Origin: a bacterium | GTDB taxonomy: Bacteria > J088 > JAWLBW01 | Direction of reading: 5' to 3' | Assembly: GCA_041690355.1 (NCBI GenBank) | Contig: JAWLHK010000015.1 | Coordinates: 1 to 64,000 of the forward strand | DNA length: 64,000 nucleotides | Notes under the pieces: model-generated | Databases searched by the model: none | The model's input: the letters and a program-made list of their open reading frames with translations, nothing else | What the model was told of the DNA's origin: nothing | Position numbers and translations under genes: made by a program | Shown here: positions 62,770-64,000 of the stretch, piece after piece | Position numbering within the stretch: position 1 is the first letter of the stretch | Layout of the letters: each line of letters begins with the position of its first letter

Positions 62770-63325
62770 AATTGATTGATGATGAAGCGGCAAGCCTTTG
62801 ATGCAGTTCTTCAGCGGCCAGCACGCGTTCACGAGAACGACCGATCCGAAGCGCATCGACAAGGGCAAGCAGTTCGTGTAGTTCTGGGTCTTTCTGCGCG
62901 GCTGGTGGCGCAGAGGGATGCAGGGGAATCAGGATATCGCCTTGTGCGGGCCCACCGGAATATTCCCAGACATAGTTTTCGGATGCCAGTATGCTTCGAT
63001 TCAGGGGGGCGCTTGAGTGTGCCGTGGGGATTCCGCGTCTACATGGGCCGATCGATGCAGGGAAAGCATACTTCATACCATGAAGCAGAAACTCTTCCAG
63101 CGACCTCCGAGCAACCTTTACCTGAGCTTCTTTCGAACCTTTAACGGCTAATCGTGCAGCCTTCGCGCGCGAAATCGCTTCAAAAGCAACTGAACTGCTG
63201 ATGCCTAGTTCATCGGCTAGTGACTGGTAACTCCAGGAGTTCTTTCGATTTTCTTCGACGACCAGTTTCAACAGAACGAAGATGTCTTGTGACTTGAGGG
63301 CCAGTCCTTTTGATTCCTGTCTCAT
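62759..63325 (-). CDS. winged-HTH protein, putative AbiEi-like antitoxin/regulator
   Basis: LKSQDIFVLLKL..SYQSLADELGISSS; overlaps the nucleotidyltransferase start. Confidence 0.7.
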   Translation of the reverse strand: MRQESKGLALKSQDIFVLLKLVVEENRKNSWSYQSLADELGISSSVAFEAISRAKAARLAVKGSKEAQVKVARRSLEEFLLHGMKYAFPASIGPCRRGIPTAHSSAPLNRSILASENYVWEYSGGPAQGDILIPLHPSAPPAAQKDPELHELLALVDALRIGRSRERVLAAEELHQRLAASSSINYAS

Positions 63326-63330
63326 GCGGT

Positions 63331-63360
63331 CATTCTAAATTCGCGAATAAAGAATGTCAA
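63331..63360 (-). promoter_or_regulatory. sigma70 promoter with overlapping palindromic operator
   Basis: TTGACA-N17-TAGAAT, 6 nt before ATG; palindrome CATTCT-AA-ATTCGCGAAT-AA-AGAATG. Confidence 0.8.
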
Positions 63361-63543
63361 CCAGAGCACGCACGAACGCGAGACCCCCCCTGCCGAGCGA
63401 AATTGCTCCGACCCATGGATGGGCTCGGGCGAACGGGATCGACCGTTTCTATTCGTGTTGCCGACGGCTGGAAGCAGCGCCCCCTCCTTTCGTCAGGACA
63501 GGTTCCAACAACCCCGAGCCTGCGAGGCGTCGCTTCGGGCGGA

Positions 63544-63572
63544 TTGCAGCTGGAAACGCCTGCACGTATAAT
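63544..63572 (+). promoter_or_regulatory. sigma70 promoter of the type II TA pair
   Basis: TTGCAG-N17-TATAAT with a CACGTATA direct repeat over the -10. Confidence 0.65.
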
Positions 63573-63588
63573 ACACGTATAGGCTCGC

Positions 63589-63819
63589 GTGCAGAAAAAA
63601 CTCACGATAACAGTTGATGAGTCGGTCTACGAAGGGCTTTACCGGAAAGTGGGTCCGCGGCGAATCAGCCAATTCATTGAGGCGCTCGTCCGCCCCCATG
63701 TGCTCGGCGAAGACCTGGCGTCTGCCTATGCTGAAATGGCCGCTGACGAAGAGCGTGAGACGGTGGCCGAAGACTGGAGCGATGCCTTGATCGAGGATGT
63801 CGCCGATGAGACGCGGTGA
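63589..63819 (+). CDS. RHH-type antitoxin
   Basis: [19 protein letters not shown]; acidic tail; overlaps the toxin start. Confidence 0.85.
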   Translation: MQKKLTITVDESVYEGLYRKVGPRRISQFIEALVRPHVLGEDLASAYAEMAADEERETVAEDWSDALIEDVADETR

Positions 63820-64000
63820 GGTCTGGTGGGTTAATTTCGGTCCCTCTGTCGGCGGTGAGATTCAGAAGCAGCGGCCTGCGGTGATTGTCAGCACTGACGC
63901 AGCCAATGAACACCTGAACCGTGTACAGGTCGTTCCTCTGACGAGTAACGTTGCCCGGCTCTTTCCGAGTGAAGCTTTCGTGGAGTTAGGCGGGAAACGC
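63806..64000 (+). CDS. PemK/MazF family toxin (runs off the window end)
   Basis: [35 protein letters not shown]. Confidence 0.93.
   Translation, partial: MRRGEVWWVNFGPSVGGEIQKQRPAVIVSTDAANEHLNRVQVVPLTSNVARLFPSEAFVELGGKR

Overview
GC-rich bacterial chromosome segment; gene content (BON, PEGA and RCC1 lipoproteins, long MCPs) suggests a deltaproteobacterial/Myxococcota-like host, which is an inference only. A housekeeping backbone (ftsY, panBCD, tgt, proS, purA, acyl-CoA dehydrogenase, tRNA nucleotidyltransferase, tRNA-Lys, tRNA-Glu) is interrupted by four accessory blocks. (1) A left island (~0.3-11 kb) has degenerate attC-like sites, a duplicated promoter module, two pseudogenes, DUF6680-like and DUF2971-like genes, an intact IS4-family element, and a tightly coupled five-gene operon: metallophosphoesterase, all-helical protein, two TRAFAC GTPases, GAP1-like protein. 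This resembles the computationally predicted GTPase-centred conflict systems. (2) hipBA with three TATCC-N8-GGATA operators. (3) An 8.5-kb block bracketed by inverted heptamer arrays holds two tandem Cys-rich MerR regulators divergent from a complete chemosensory operon built around a soluble globin-coupled receptor. (4) A toxin-antitoxin cluster lies downstream of tRNA-Glu. Intergenic DNA is rich in REP-like palindromes and 7-mer/8-mer arrays. Other observations: two export-like gene pairs whose lipoproteins share a C-x5-DNPxDPE motif, a pan-like RNA element, a probable CC-adding enzyme, and an Eda homolog lacking the Schiff-base lysine. Family names come from motif recognition, not database searches.
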